Assembly (NCBI GenBank): GCA_016840035.1 | Contig: JAEOTC010000111.1 | Span: 3,657-67,656, forward strand | Length of the DNA: 64,000 bases | Source of the DNA: Candidatus Hodarchaeota archaeon | GTDB lineage: Archaea; Asgardarchaeota; Heimdallarchaeia; Hodarchaeales; Hodarchaeaceae | Direction of reading: 5' to 3' | Shown: piece by piece, positions 55,708 to 64,000 of the stretch | Layout: every line of letters begins with the position of its first letter | Numbering within the stretch: position 1 is the stretch's first letter | The notes under the pieces: generated by a model | What the model was told of the DNA's origin: nothing | Seen by the model: the letters and a program-made list of their open reading frames with translations, nothing else | Databases searched by the model: none | Position numbers and translations under genes: made by a program

Positions 55708-56975
55708 CTACCTACTCGATCATCATTTCCATCGGCTTCCTCGATAACTGAATCTGTCTTATTAACATGCTCTGAAACAGCTAACTCAGCCACTGTTTGT
55801 ATTGGACGTTCTGGAAATATACCTTTTGGACGATATATAAGGAATAGGATTAATAATATGCCAAAAAAGAATTGTGGGTAATATTCGGGAGGATTAATTA
55901 CAACTATTTCTTGGAAAAAGGATATAGGGTTCAGTGATAAAAGAAAATCTCCTATGATTGGTATATGACTTGAGATTTGTTGGTAGAAATCGCTTAATGG
56001 GTTCAGAATCCCAACTATTCGACTAACAAGCGTGTCAATATCTCCCGTTAACGTTCGGGATATATATTCAATACTCCACACAAGCAGACTTCCGAAAATT
56101 ACGCCCCTGTTATTTCCTATTCCCCCAATAATCACTATTATCCACAAGAAGAAAGTATAATAAGGAGGAAATCCATCAGGGGAAAATCCAACAATATAAA
56201 GTGCCCAAATTCCTCCTGCAAGTCCTGCGAGAGCACTACTCACAACAAATGCTTTGATTCTGTATTCAACAATGTCAACACCAAGACTTTCTGCAGCTAG
56301 ATCATTATCGCGAATTGATTTCAATACACGTCCAAATGGAGAATTATATATAATTTCCACAAACAGATAGACAAGAAGGAACACAGCAGTGATAGAAAAG
56401 AGAAAGAGGAAGTCAGCAATTAGGGTTGATGGTAGAACAATATTCCCTAAGACTAGGTCGGAAGTAATATTTGATCGGAAGATATTTTCTACAGTTAAAC
56501 CCAAAGTTCCTCCTGCTTCAGATCTATTTTGAGGCCATGCTATCCACGTTTCTGCCCGTAATACTGTACGTACGATTTCACCTACTGCAATAGTAGTAAT
56601 TGCTAGATAGTCTTCTCTCAGATCTAATGTTGGTAAGGCAAGGAGATATCCAAAAAACCCTGCAACGACCATACCAATAGGAATTGCAATAAAAATTGGA
56701 AATTTGAACAAATACATCAGTCCAGTAGTGTAACATCCCACCATAAAAAACGCGATTTTTCCAAAATTAGAAATCCCAGTTACTCCGACTTCAAGATTCA
56801 GAGATAGGGCTGCAATGCCGAAAATACCTGCGTAAGAAAATAATGGGAGCGTCAAGTTCAGTGGATTTGGAATAACAAAAGATAGAAGAAAAGTTAACAG
56901 GATAAAGGATGAAAACCAACCTCCAATAATCAGTAGAATTCTATGACCCTTTAGGTATAATCTTGATGTTTGCAT
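55704..56975 (-). CDS. livM: branched-chain amino acid ABC transporter permease
   Basis: Polytopic. GISNFGKIAFFMVGCY and GGIGNNRGVIFGS are typical of LivM. Overlaps livG by 4 nt. Confidence 0.85.
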   Translation of the reverse strand: MQTSRLYLKGHRILLIIGGWFSSFILLTFLLSFVIPNPLNLTLPLFSYAGIFGIAALSLNLEVGVTGISNFGKIAFFMVGCYTTGLMYLFKFPIFIAIPIGMVVAGFFGYLLALPTLDLREDYLAITTIAVGEIVRTVLRAETWIAWPQNRSEAGGTLGLTVENIFRSNITSDLVLGNIVLPSTLIADFLFLFSITAVFLLVYLFVEIIYNSPFGRVLKSIRDNDLAAESLGVDIVEYRIKAFVVSSALAGLAGGIWALYIVGFSPDGFPPYYTFFLWIIVIIGGIGNNRGVIFGSLLVWSIEYISRTLTGDIDTLVSRIVGILNPLSDFYQQISSHIPIIGDFLLSLNPISFFQEIVVINPPEYYPQFFFGILLILFLIYRPKGIFPERPIQTVAELAVSEHVNKTDSVIEEADGNDDRVGR

Positions 56976-56987
56976 TTTAATTTTCTC

Positions 56988-59441
56988 CTAACGATCTTTC
57001 GCCAAATCCTCACCATAGATACCTGTAGGTTTAATTAACAAAACCATTACTAAGATCATAAAACCAATTGCTACCTGATAGAGCTCACCTAATAAACTTG
57101 GTTCCACATTAAAAACATGACTAGACAAATCACCAAGAATGATAGGTATTTCGAGTCGAATCTGTCCAAACGTTGTAGTTCGCATTGTAGAAATTAAAAA
57201 TGCACCAAAAACCTCTGCAAATCCAATAATATAACCAGCCACAATTGATCCTCGATAACTACCAATTCCTCCTAGAATTACTACCGCGAATGTTGGTAAC
57301 AACAATAAAAATCCTCTGTCTGGAAAAAGTGTCATATTAGCTAAGAATCGCAATACTCCACCCATTCCCGCTAAACCAGCTCCGATTACCCAAACTAATG
57401 CAATAATAAGCCCTTTCGAGATTCCAGAGGCTTGGGCGAGATCAGGATTATCAGCCATTGCACGCATAGCCTTTCCAAGTTTTGTGCGTGTGATTAGCAA
57501 ATCTATCATAATTACAAATATGATTCCAATAATAATTACGAGTACATGAAGGTCATATAATGTTGGTTGACCCAAAATTTGAAGGGAGTGTTGCGAAAAC
57601 GATTGTGAAAATGCATCAGTAAGTAAAACTCGTATGATAAATGATACTCCAATACTAGCAATCATTAACGTCATAGGCGTTGCATCTCGAGCACGTAAAG
57701 GACGAAAAACTAGAAAATCGACAACTAAGGCGAGGAAAGCACTCGCAAGACAAGCAACTGCCAGATTAACAATTAGTAAAGGAATAAATGGTATTATTAC
57801 GAAATTTATCCCGAGGACTGTACTCAAAAATTCTTCCAAAAACACTAGCAGTGGAGAGACAATCGGCTCAATCGAGGTTACGATATTAGTAAACCCAGCA
57901 TCAGTTAAAAATGCTTCTAGTGCAACTAGGAATGGTGGTAACCCAGTTATAACAATATATGGACCATAAACAACCAATTCTCCATGAGAGAAATTAGCAA
58001 AATTCAGAATTTTGAACGTTAGGGAGAGACCAATCCCGAGAAGAATATAGATACTACCAATAAAGAATGAACTTCGGAAGATGATAAGTACAATATCCAC
58101 ACCAACCTCAGGAAGCCCATAAGACTCGAAAAATAGTAAGTAGGATCTCAAAAAAACAATTAAGAATATGGGAAACGGAAATGCAATAAATTTCCATGAA
58201 GTTTGTTCTTTCAAGCTTACAAGGAAAGCCTGAAAATCTACTTTCGGTGTAACCAATTTCAGAAGTAGTGGCCCAATTAATATTTCAAAGAGAATTCTTT
58301 GGTTTAGATTTACAACTGAAGGAAATGGAAAGATCACACCTAAGAGAGAAAAAGTAGGCCACACTAAAACCACTTTAGAACCCAGAAAATCTAAGGGTAT
58401 TATCAAAGTCAACCCTAATCCAATAAGGAATATCAACAATAATATTGCCTGAGAATTGACTAGATTTGCTAATGAAGTTTTTAAAGTAATCCGTTGCGAA
58501 AAATATTTAACTATCTCAGCTTTCCAGACGTATAGAATGGCCATTAGCCCATAAATTATATATAAAACTGTATATGAAGTGTCTGAAACTCCAAATAAGG
58601 AATTATTCAGAAAAAACGCAAAGAATCCCAATCCCCCGAACAATAAAAAGATTAAACCCCAAACTGTAGACAATATTGTAGCTTGACGTTTTAGATTAAT
58701 ATCGGATTTAATCCTTTGAAAACTCCAAACGATTAATAGAATCCCGAAGAAAATTTCTAATCCAATTTTAATTTTGAAATTAGTTATTGCTGGGTAGGGA
58801 AAGTTAATTCCTATTTCAAATTGTTTCAAACTAATCCTTGCACCAGAGCTAATGAGTTCTAGTGGTACAATGACTAATAACCCTATTCCAAGGATGAGAG
58901 AGAAAATTGAAAATATGTTGTGACGAAAGATAACAGCCAATGGTGTAGTCATCTGATACACTTTTTGAGAGAAAGCAGGAATTCTTTCACGCCAGGTGTA
59001 CACAAATAGCACAGGGCCGTATACAAGGCAAAAATACGTAATTATATTACTTGAAACTCCAAATAGTGGCATATCCAACACAGAACTAAATACTCCAAGA
59101 CAACCGAAGATAAAAAAGACGAAACTCCATAATAATGCTAGTAATTTGATTAGAAAACTAGTTTGATAACGAGTATTCAGTTTAGGAATAGACCACAATA
59201 GAACTAGAGGTCCTAAGAAGAGCTCAATGAAAATTCTTGAACTAAAATTTTGTATGTCAGGATAAGGTATTACTGTTCCATTAAGTAGCATCTCACTCCA
59301 AACTATTACTATTCCAGAAGTAAGCAATTCAAGGGGAAGCACTAGAATTAATCCTGTTCCTAGCAGAAAAAAAAAGCGGATAACAGGTTTGGATTGTAAG
59401 GGGGACTTGAAAGAACTCGTACTCATATTTAGTTCACGCAA
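56988..59441 (-). CDS. livH: LivH-type permease with about 460-aa N-terminal extension built from about 156-aa membrane-module repeats
   Basis: The LivH core starts near GSIYILLGIGLSLTFKILNFANFSHGEL (residue about 461) and contains GGIGSYRGSIVAG. In the N-terminal part, PLEL/PLEL/PLDF occur at residues 36, 193 and 349. YPYP/FPYP/FPFP occur at about 59, 214 and 371. LFGVS occurs at 126 and 282. Confidence 0.8.
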   Translation of the reverse strand: MRELNMSTSSFKSPLQSKPVIRFFFLLGTGLILVLPLELLTSGIVIVWSEMLLNGTVIPYPDIQNFSSRIFIELFLGPLVLLWSIPKLNTRYQTSFLIKLLALLWSFVFFIFGCLGVFSSVLDMPLFGVSSNIITYFCLVYGPVLFVYTWRERIPAFSQKVYQMTTPLAVIFRHNIFSIFSLILGIGLLVIVPLELISSGARISLKQFEIGINFPYPAITNFKIKIGLEIFFGILLIVWSFQRIKSDINLKRQATILSTVWGLIFLLFGGLGFFAFFLNNSLFGVSDTSYTVLYIIYGLMAILYVWKAEIVKYFSQRITLKTSLANLVNSQAILLLIFLIGLGLTLIIPLDFLGSKVVLVWPTFSLLGVIFPFPSVVNLNQRILFEILIGPLLLKLVTPKVDFQAFLVSLKEQTSWKFIAFPFPIFLIVFLRSYLLFFESYGLPEVGVDIVLIIFRSSFFIGSIYILLGIGLSLTFKILNFANFSHGELVVYGPYIVITGLPPFLVALEAFLTDAGFTNIVTSIEPIVSPLLVFLEEFLSTVLGINFVIIPFIPLLIVNLAVACLASAFLALVVDFLVFRPLRARDATPMTLMIASIGVSFIIRVLLTDAFSQSFSQHSLQILGQPTLYDLHVLVIIIGIIFVIMIDLLITRTKLGKAMRAMADNPDLAQASGISKGLIIALVWVIGAGLAGMGGVLRFLANMTLFPDRGFLLLLPTFAVVILGGIGSYRGSIVAGYIIGFAEVFGAFLISTMRTTTFGQIRLEIPIILGDLSSHVFNVEPSLLGELYQVAIGFMILVMVLLIKPTGIYGEDLAKDR

Positions 59442-59538
59442 ACACTTTGATTTAATGGTTAACTTTGTTATTGGTTATTATTCATCAATTTTTCTAAAAA
59501 AAAAAGAGAATTGAGAAATGAAACCACTTTTAAGGTTT

Positions 59539-61014
59539 CTATTTCTTCTGTTTTCTCCTTCGTAGTCTGGATACAACAACCCATATTCCAAATAATGCAG
59601 TAACTATGGGAATTGCTTCAAAACCTGGTGTAGCTGTAGTCGTTGTTGTTTCCTCGGGTTCTGTGGTAGTAGTTGTCGTTTCTCCAGGTTCAGTTGTAGT
59701 TGTCTCTAATTGGAAATTCTCTGGATCTACAAAATTATTGTATAGTGTAACACCATCTGCTGCAGTCCAATTTCCTACAGCGTGTACTGAACCATCTTGG
59801 AATTGCCAAACATCATACGATGATTGGGTAACATCTCCAAGATTTGAAAATGTTTTATTTCCTGTGGCACCAACGTACCCCTTACCTGCTGCTGCCATTT
59901 CAGCGTTAATAAGGGCACCATCATAAGAACCAGCGGCCTCGATAGCATAAGCACCAACCATCAATGCATCATAGGCAAAATCAGAGAACAAACTAATTTG
60001 TCCACCATAATAGGCAAGACCTGCTGCATTGAGGGCTTGTAAACTGGCGTTATAGTCATCAAACCTACCTTCACCTGTACCAAATGAATGAGGGCGAGTT
60101 CCCAAAGTATATTGAGCATCTTGCACTATAGTAGGTGTTGTGTGACTAGAATTGAGAAGAGATGCATCAGCAATACCATCTGTTCCAAAAACAGGTAAAT
60201 CTACTCCTGCATTACGAAGTTCAGTTATAAATGAACCTCCATCTGTAATATAGGAAATCAATCCAATTGCTTCAGCGGTAACTGCAGCTTTGATTGATGT
60301 TACGGTAACAGAGAAGTCAGTAGTCCCTGGTAAATAGCTGATTTGGTTCATAACATTTCCACCTAAATCACGGAAAGAGGCTTTTAAACCATCACCAAAA
60401 CCAGTTCCATAATCATCTCCACGGTGGACAATTACGATATTTTCATATCCAGTATCATTCAATAAAGCAGCTAAACCTTCTGCTTGTAACGCATCTGTTG
60501 GAACAGTTCTCCAGAAGTAATCAAAAGATGAATCAGAAAGCATTGCTGCTGTAGACGCATATGAAATCTGGACTATATGATCATCTTTTGCTCGTTCGGC
60601 CACGGCTCTAGAAGCGGACGATCCTGCCGCACCAATAATTAATTCAACACCAGAAGCTTTTACTGCTTCGTAGGCTACAACTGCTGCAGCTTCTTCTGCT
60701 TTTGAGTCTTGGATATTTAGTGTAACATTGAAGCTAAAATCACCTGAGCGATTGATCTCCCAAGCTGCTGCTCGTACACCATCTAATAACCCTTGTCCAA
60801 GGGATTCGAGTTCTCCTGAAATAGGCGCTAAAACTCCAATCTCATAAACAACAGTAGGTGATCCAGATGGTGAATTTACAGAAACTGGTTTTGCTTGAAC
60901 GGCAGACAATCCACTTAATCCTAGGAGAAGGAGTGTCATACCGATCATCAACATTTTTTTATATGTTTTCACATTTTTCACATCTTTTTCGATTATGAAG
61001 ATTTCTTTTACCAA
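59539..61014 (-). CDS. LivJ/type-I periplasmic-binding-protein-like substrate-binding protein with Thr-rich linker and PGF-CTERM anchor
   Basis: Signal peptide MLMIGMTLLLLGLSGLSAVQA. IGVLAPISGELESLGQG and GAAGSSASRAVA are typical of Leu/Ile/Val-binding proteins. Tail TTTTATPGFEAIPIVTALFGIWVVVSRLRRRKQKK. The start is uncertain: TTG at 61014 or ATG at 60954. Confidence 0.85.
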   Translation of the reverse strand: MVKEIFIIEKDVKNVKTYKKMLMIGMTLLLLGLSGLSAVQAKPVSVNSPSGSPTVVYEIGVLAPISGELESLGQGLLDGVRAAAWEINRSGDFSFNVTLNIQDSKAEEAAAVVAYEAVKASGVELIIGAAGSSASRAVAERAKDDHIVQISYASTAAMLSDSSFDYFWRTVPTDALQAEGLAALLNDTGYENIVIVHRGDDYGTGFGDGLKASFRDLGGNVMNQISYLPGTTDFSVTVTSIKAAVTAEAIGLISYITDGGSFITELRNAGVDLPVFGTDGIADASLLNSSHTTPTIVQDAQYTLGTRPHSFGTGEGRFDDYNASLQALNAAGLAYYGGQISLFSDFAYDALMVGAYAIEAAGSYDGALINAEMAAAGKGYVGATGNKTFSNLGDVTQSSYDVWQFQDGSVHAVGNWTAADGVTLYNNFVDPENFQLETTTTEPGETTTTTTEPEETTTTTATPGFEAIPIVTALFGIWVVVSRLRRRKQKK

Positions 61015-61379
61015 ATGTTAATAGTGATACTTGACTCATTCAAGATATTCCAAAAACATAACCCCTAATCATCGTGATCAGTAATTGGAGTGAACTCAAG
61101 TCCCAGAAATTCTAAGATCAAATCGTAGATAACCCTCCTTAACCCAAACACCCAGAAGACATCAGAAAACTCATCTATTCGGTTTGGATTAAGGGAAGCT
61201 CACTGGCATTAATAAAAATACCAGTGCCACATAATCTCAATAAATCTGCTATCAAGCAATCCGAATCGAATCATTAACATTCGAGGAAAATCCTCTAAAA
61301 ACACGGTATATAAGACTTGTTTATATTGCAATTACATTTTCACAATATGGGTGTGCTTGAGATCGAATTTACTACATTA

Positions 61380-62216
61380 TCACTCATATTTCTGGTAATA
61401 TTTATTTGCTGCAGTTACCGCTTTTGATGTATCAACAGCTATACGCTTCTGCCACCAAAAAGTATCAATAGCATAGAAGAATATCGCTGCTAGGAAAAAG
61501 AGAAATGAGACTGAATCAATGGGTTGTTGTACTAGTAAGTCATAAGTTAACTTCGCAGCCATAATTATTAAAGAATAGCCAAATGAAAGAAAGACGTAAC
61601 TTAAAGTATCAATATATAGCCAATTTTTGATCCAATTAACCCCTGCGAATTCGATATATGATCCTACAAAAATTGCTATGAAAAGTAAACCTAGTTCATC
61701 TGCAAAATAAAAGGCAAAGAAGGCGCAAATCGCCCGAAGATATAAGAAATATTGATCTCTCCGTGTTTCACCAAATCGTGCTTCGAAGAAGATCATCGGG
61801 AGTATTAATAAGACTCCAGGAAGAAAGAATTGATCCACTGGAGCCTCAACAACTCGACTTATCGACAAAGTAAATATACTTACCATTCCCCATGCAAAAC
61901 CTACATAGTAAGAGTAACCAAAGGAAGAATCCCAAGGGTGGTACTTCCACTTTTTTGAACTCACACCCCAGTAATCTGTTATGTACCCAAGAATCAGGCC
62001 AAACCAAAAAAAAGACCAATACTGTAACTCTGGCTCAAAAACGATCTCATAAAGAACCATATATAGGATTCCCAATCCTAAACACAGCCAATCATTACGG
62101 GTTTTGTTGTTCAGCCATAGTACAAATGGAACACCGAATAGAAAAAACCCTAAGTCCCATAAAGGTATCAAGGGCTCAAATTCCTCTGGTAGCAACATGA
62201 ATAAGTCTCTCTTCAA
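61380..62216 (-). CDS. polytopic membrane protein, function unknown
   Basis: 278 aa, about 8 hydrophobic segments, aromatic-rich. Confidence 0.5.
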   Translation of the reverse strand: MKRDLFMLLPEEFEPLIPLWDLGFFLFGVPFVLWLNNKTRNDWLCLGLGILYMVLYEIVFEPELQYWSFFWFGLILGYITDYWGVSSKKWKYHPWDSSFGYSYYVGFAWGMVSIFTLSISRVVEAPVDQFFLPGVLLILPMIFFEARFGETRRDQYFLYLRAICAFFAFYFADELGLLFIAIFVGSYIEFAGVNWIKNWLYIDTLSYVFLSFGYSLIIMAAKLTYDLLVQQPIDSVSFLFFLAAIFFYAIDTFWWQKRIAVDTSKAVTAANKYYQKYE

Positions 62217-62441
62217 ATTTAACTGGAAAAATAAAGTTTGATTTGCTTGCTAGTTCGTGAAATTCCCTAGTAATTCGATATTTCACAGTTTAGAGCAGAG
62301 ATTTTTAATACTATTGGGGAACTACTAAAGTTCATCTAGTTATTTTTCCTATAGGTTTGATATTTCCATCTTCGTAGGAGAATTTTTATTGATAAGCCTA
62401 TTTTTCTCCCAATTGAGAAAATAATTGACAGGAAATTCTAA

Positions 62442-62786
62442 GTGTTGGCTATGGTATCTGTAATTGATGAGAAAGAGTTTGCAGAGAAAATCAGGTCGAA
62501 TCTTGCGACTAATAATCCCCGTCCTTTAGTTGTTGATTGTTTCACTGATTGGTGCCCTCCATGTAAGGCCTCTGCTCCTGTTTATAAAACACTAAGTGAG
62601 AAATATACGGGAGCAGACTTTGTGAAGATAAATGTGGACAATAATCCTGGCGTTGCTCATAAACTGAATGTTCAAGGAGTTCCTACATTCGCTATATTGC
62701 GAGGAAATAAACTTATTGCTAAGATAGTTGGCGCAGATATGCGTAAAGTTGAGAAGAAAATCAAAGAAGCCCTTGAAAATTCATAA
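62442..62786 (+). CDS. trxA: thioredoxin
   Basis: Active site DWCPPCK (CxxC), then GVPTF and the cis-Pro context. GTG at 62442 or ATG at 62451. Confidence 0.85.
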   Translation: MLAMVSVIDEKEFAEKIRSNLATNNPRPLVVDCFTDWCPPCKASAPVYKTLSEKYTGADFVKINVDNNPGVAHKLNVQGVPTFAILRGNKLIAKIVGADMRKVEKKIKEALENS

Positions 62787-62789
62787 TTC

Positions 62790-62822
62790 TTGAATTTTCA
62801 TTATTCAAAAGATTTCTTTTTT
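62790..62822 (+). terminator. hairpin plus T-run terminator candidate after trx
   Basis: TTGAAT-tttcatt-ATTCAA (62790-62808) followed by tttctttttt (62814-62823). Confidence 0.4.
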
Positions 62823-62866
62823 GTAGTATTCCACTAGATTAATTTTGAGGTTTAATCTACCTCCTT

Positions 62867-62885
62867 CGCTACGTTTTAATTTTCC
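62867..62885 (+). promoter_or_regulatory. BRE/TATA-like promoter candidate upstream of the J-domain gene
   Basis: cgctacgttttaattttcc lies about 36-54 nt upstream of the ATG at 62921 and is preceded by the C-rich cctcc, echoing the elements at 41887 and 45471. Confidence 0.25.
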
Positions 62886-62920
62886 ATGCCGTCTGCCTTA
62901 TCAGGTAGCGAGTTCTGATT

Positions 62921-63790
62921 ATGCCATCTACTGATTATTACAAATCGCTAGGCGTCTCAAAGAATGCTTCTAAGAGCGAAATAAAGAAAGCTTATCGCAA
63001 ATTAGCATTGAAATATCATCCTGATAGAGCCTCAAAAAGTGGAATTGACCCAAAAAAAGCTGAAGAGAAATTCAAAGAGATCTCAGAGGCTTATTCGATA
63101 TTATCAGATGAGAAGAAACGGCAACAATATGATCAATTTGGGCCAGATTACTTTTCAAAATTTAAGGGGCAAGGAGGATTTCGCACTACAGTCGATCCGT
63201 TTGAAATTTTCTCACAATTCTTCGGAGGGTCTTCAGGGGGATTCTCATTTCAGAATATGGGTGGTTCACGATTTTCAAATTTCCAAAGACAAGCTCAACC
63301 TCAAAAGGGATCAGATATTCAGATTCCATTCAAGGTTTCTACTTCTGAATTAGCTATCGATGGAACTATCTTAAAAAAGGTTATTAGTCTGAAAAGACGT
63401 TATTCTGATGGCACAGAAAAGGTAGAAAAGATCCGAATACCCATCCCAAAAAATGTGACGGATGGGAAAACTCTACGAATCCCTGAAAAAGGAAATCATG
63501 GAAAACAGGGGGGGCCAAATGGTGACTTATTGGTGAAAATTTCCCTTGTTGATGATATTTTAGCCATTCCAATATCAGTATTTCTTGCTATCCGAGGTTC
63601 AGAAGGATTGTCAATTAAATCTCCATCTGGTGATAATTTAAGAGGAATAGTTCCCCCTAATACACAGGAAGGAGATCTATTAGACTTTACAAGTGATCTC
63701 GGGACTGTCAAAAAAATTCGAGTTGTATACCGATATCCCACGAAATTAACAGAAAAGCAAATCTCACTATTGAATGAATTAATTGAGTAG
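62921..63790 (+). CDS. J-domain co-chaperone lacking the Cys-rich zinc-finger region (CbpA/type II DnaJ-like)
   Basis: [32 protein letters not shown] (HPD), G/F-rich [15 protein letters not shown]-terminal beta-domain [13 protein letters not shown]. No CxxCxGxG repeats. Confidence 0.85.
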   Translation: MPSTDYYKSLGVSKNASKSEIKKAYRKLALKYHPDRASKSGIDPKKAEEKFKEISEAYSILSDEKKRQQYDQFGPDYFSKFKGQGGFRTTVDPFEIFSQFFGGSSGGFSFQNMGGSRFSNFQRQAQPQKGSDIQIPFKVSTSELAIDGTILKKVISLKRRYSDGTEKVEKIRIPIPKNVTDGKTLRIPEKGNHGKQGGPNGDLLVKISLVDDILAIPISVFLAIRGSEGLSIKSPSGDNLRGIVPPNTQEGDLLDFTSDLGTVKKIRVVYRYPTKLTEKQISLLNELIE

Positions 63791-63820
63791 AATTGAATAT
63801 CTTTGATATTTTAAGAAGAA

Positions 63821-64000
63821 TTACGTTATTTTTTCGTTCTGGCCTTTAAGGTGTATGTTGATGATCGTTCTTCTTCCAATATCATTCAGAATATTCTCAA
63901 ATCCCTCTTTATTGATTTCTTGAACTGTATAGCGGTGGGTAGGCCTTATATGATGATAAATGTTATCCCCAAGAAATAAAAGGACAAATTTAACAGAATG
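63821..64000 (-). CDS. 3' end of an unidentified CDS entering from the right window edge
   Basis: My translation of the minus strand is open for 59 codons and ends at TAA (63823-63821): ...FLGDNIYHHIRPTHRYTVQEINKEGFENILNDIGRRTIINIHLKGQNEKIT. The product is not recognised. Confidence 0.3.
   Translation of the reverse strand, partial: HSVKFVLLFLGDNIYHHIRPTHRYTVQEINKEGFENILNDIGRRTIINIHLKGQNEKIT

Noticed and set aside
59606-59926. 106-aa plus-strand ORF (Val-rich), and similar ORFs at 20482-20712
   Set aside because: Antisense artefacts of the Thr/Ser-rich linker regions (ACN/GTN symmetry) of the binding protein and the metallophosphoesterase.
1-64000. CRISPR arrays, tRNA/rRNA genes, integrases, transposases, prophage blocks
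   Set aside because: No regularly spaced direct repeats were seen. T-loop-like GGTTC(G/A)AATCC strings occur only as partial matches inside CDSs. No recombinase-like ORF was found. The scan was by eye only, so short or degenerate elements could be missed.

Overview
AT-rich (roughly mid-30s % GC by eye) archaeal chromosomal segment. It is densely coded on both strands, and about 58 CDSs are supported. I found no rRNA, tRNA, CRISPR array, integrase or transposase. Archaeal origin is inferred from AMP phosphorylase, UbiA-type prenyltransferases, a UPF0292-like Toprim protein, PGF-CTERM sorting tails and BRE/TATA-like upstream elements. The small-GTPase content hints at an Asgard/Loki-like lineage, but that is a guess. 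Core content, in order: an M14 carboxypeptidase; HAD, MBL and aminotransferase genes; two UbiA prenyltransferases flanking a bactofilin-like cluster; 4-hydroxybutyryl-CoA dehydratase, a DsrE-like protein and a glycyl-radical enzyme with its activase; a secreted trio of two metallophosphoesterases and a Mo-oxidoreductase; AMP phosphorylase; an orphan Dam methylase; two non-homologous threonine dehydrogenases; alpha-glucan phosphorylase plus PfkA; a Liv-type ABC transporter; thioredoxin; and a DnaJ-like protein. The most unusual stretch is about 27.5-41.7 kb. It holds an ORF-free, GC-enriched, hairpin-rich 364-bp region bracketed by imperfect direct repeats. It also holds a 974-aa HerA/DUF853-like ATPase with a coiled coil and a Cys-rich tail of about six zinc sites. 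Finally it holds a same-strand five-gene cluster: an atypical small GTPase, a tandem winged-helix-like protein, an amidohydrolase, a 1002-aa GCS2/YbdK-type carboxylate-amine ligase fused to a Lys/Pro linker and beta-rich modules, and a CDC48-N-like/vWA protein. I flag that cluster as the best candidate for an undescribed amide-ligation or tagging system. This is inference only. All calls rest on motif reading by eye, and no searches were run.
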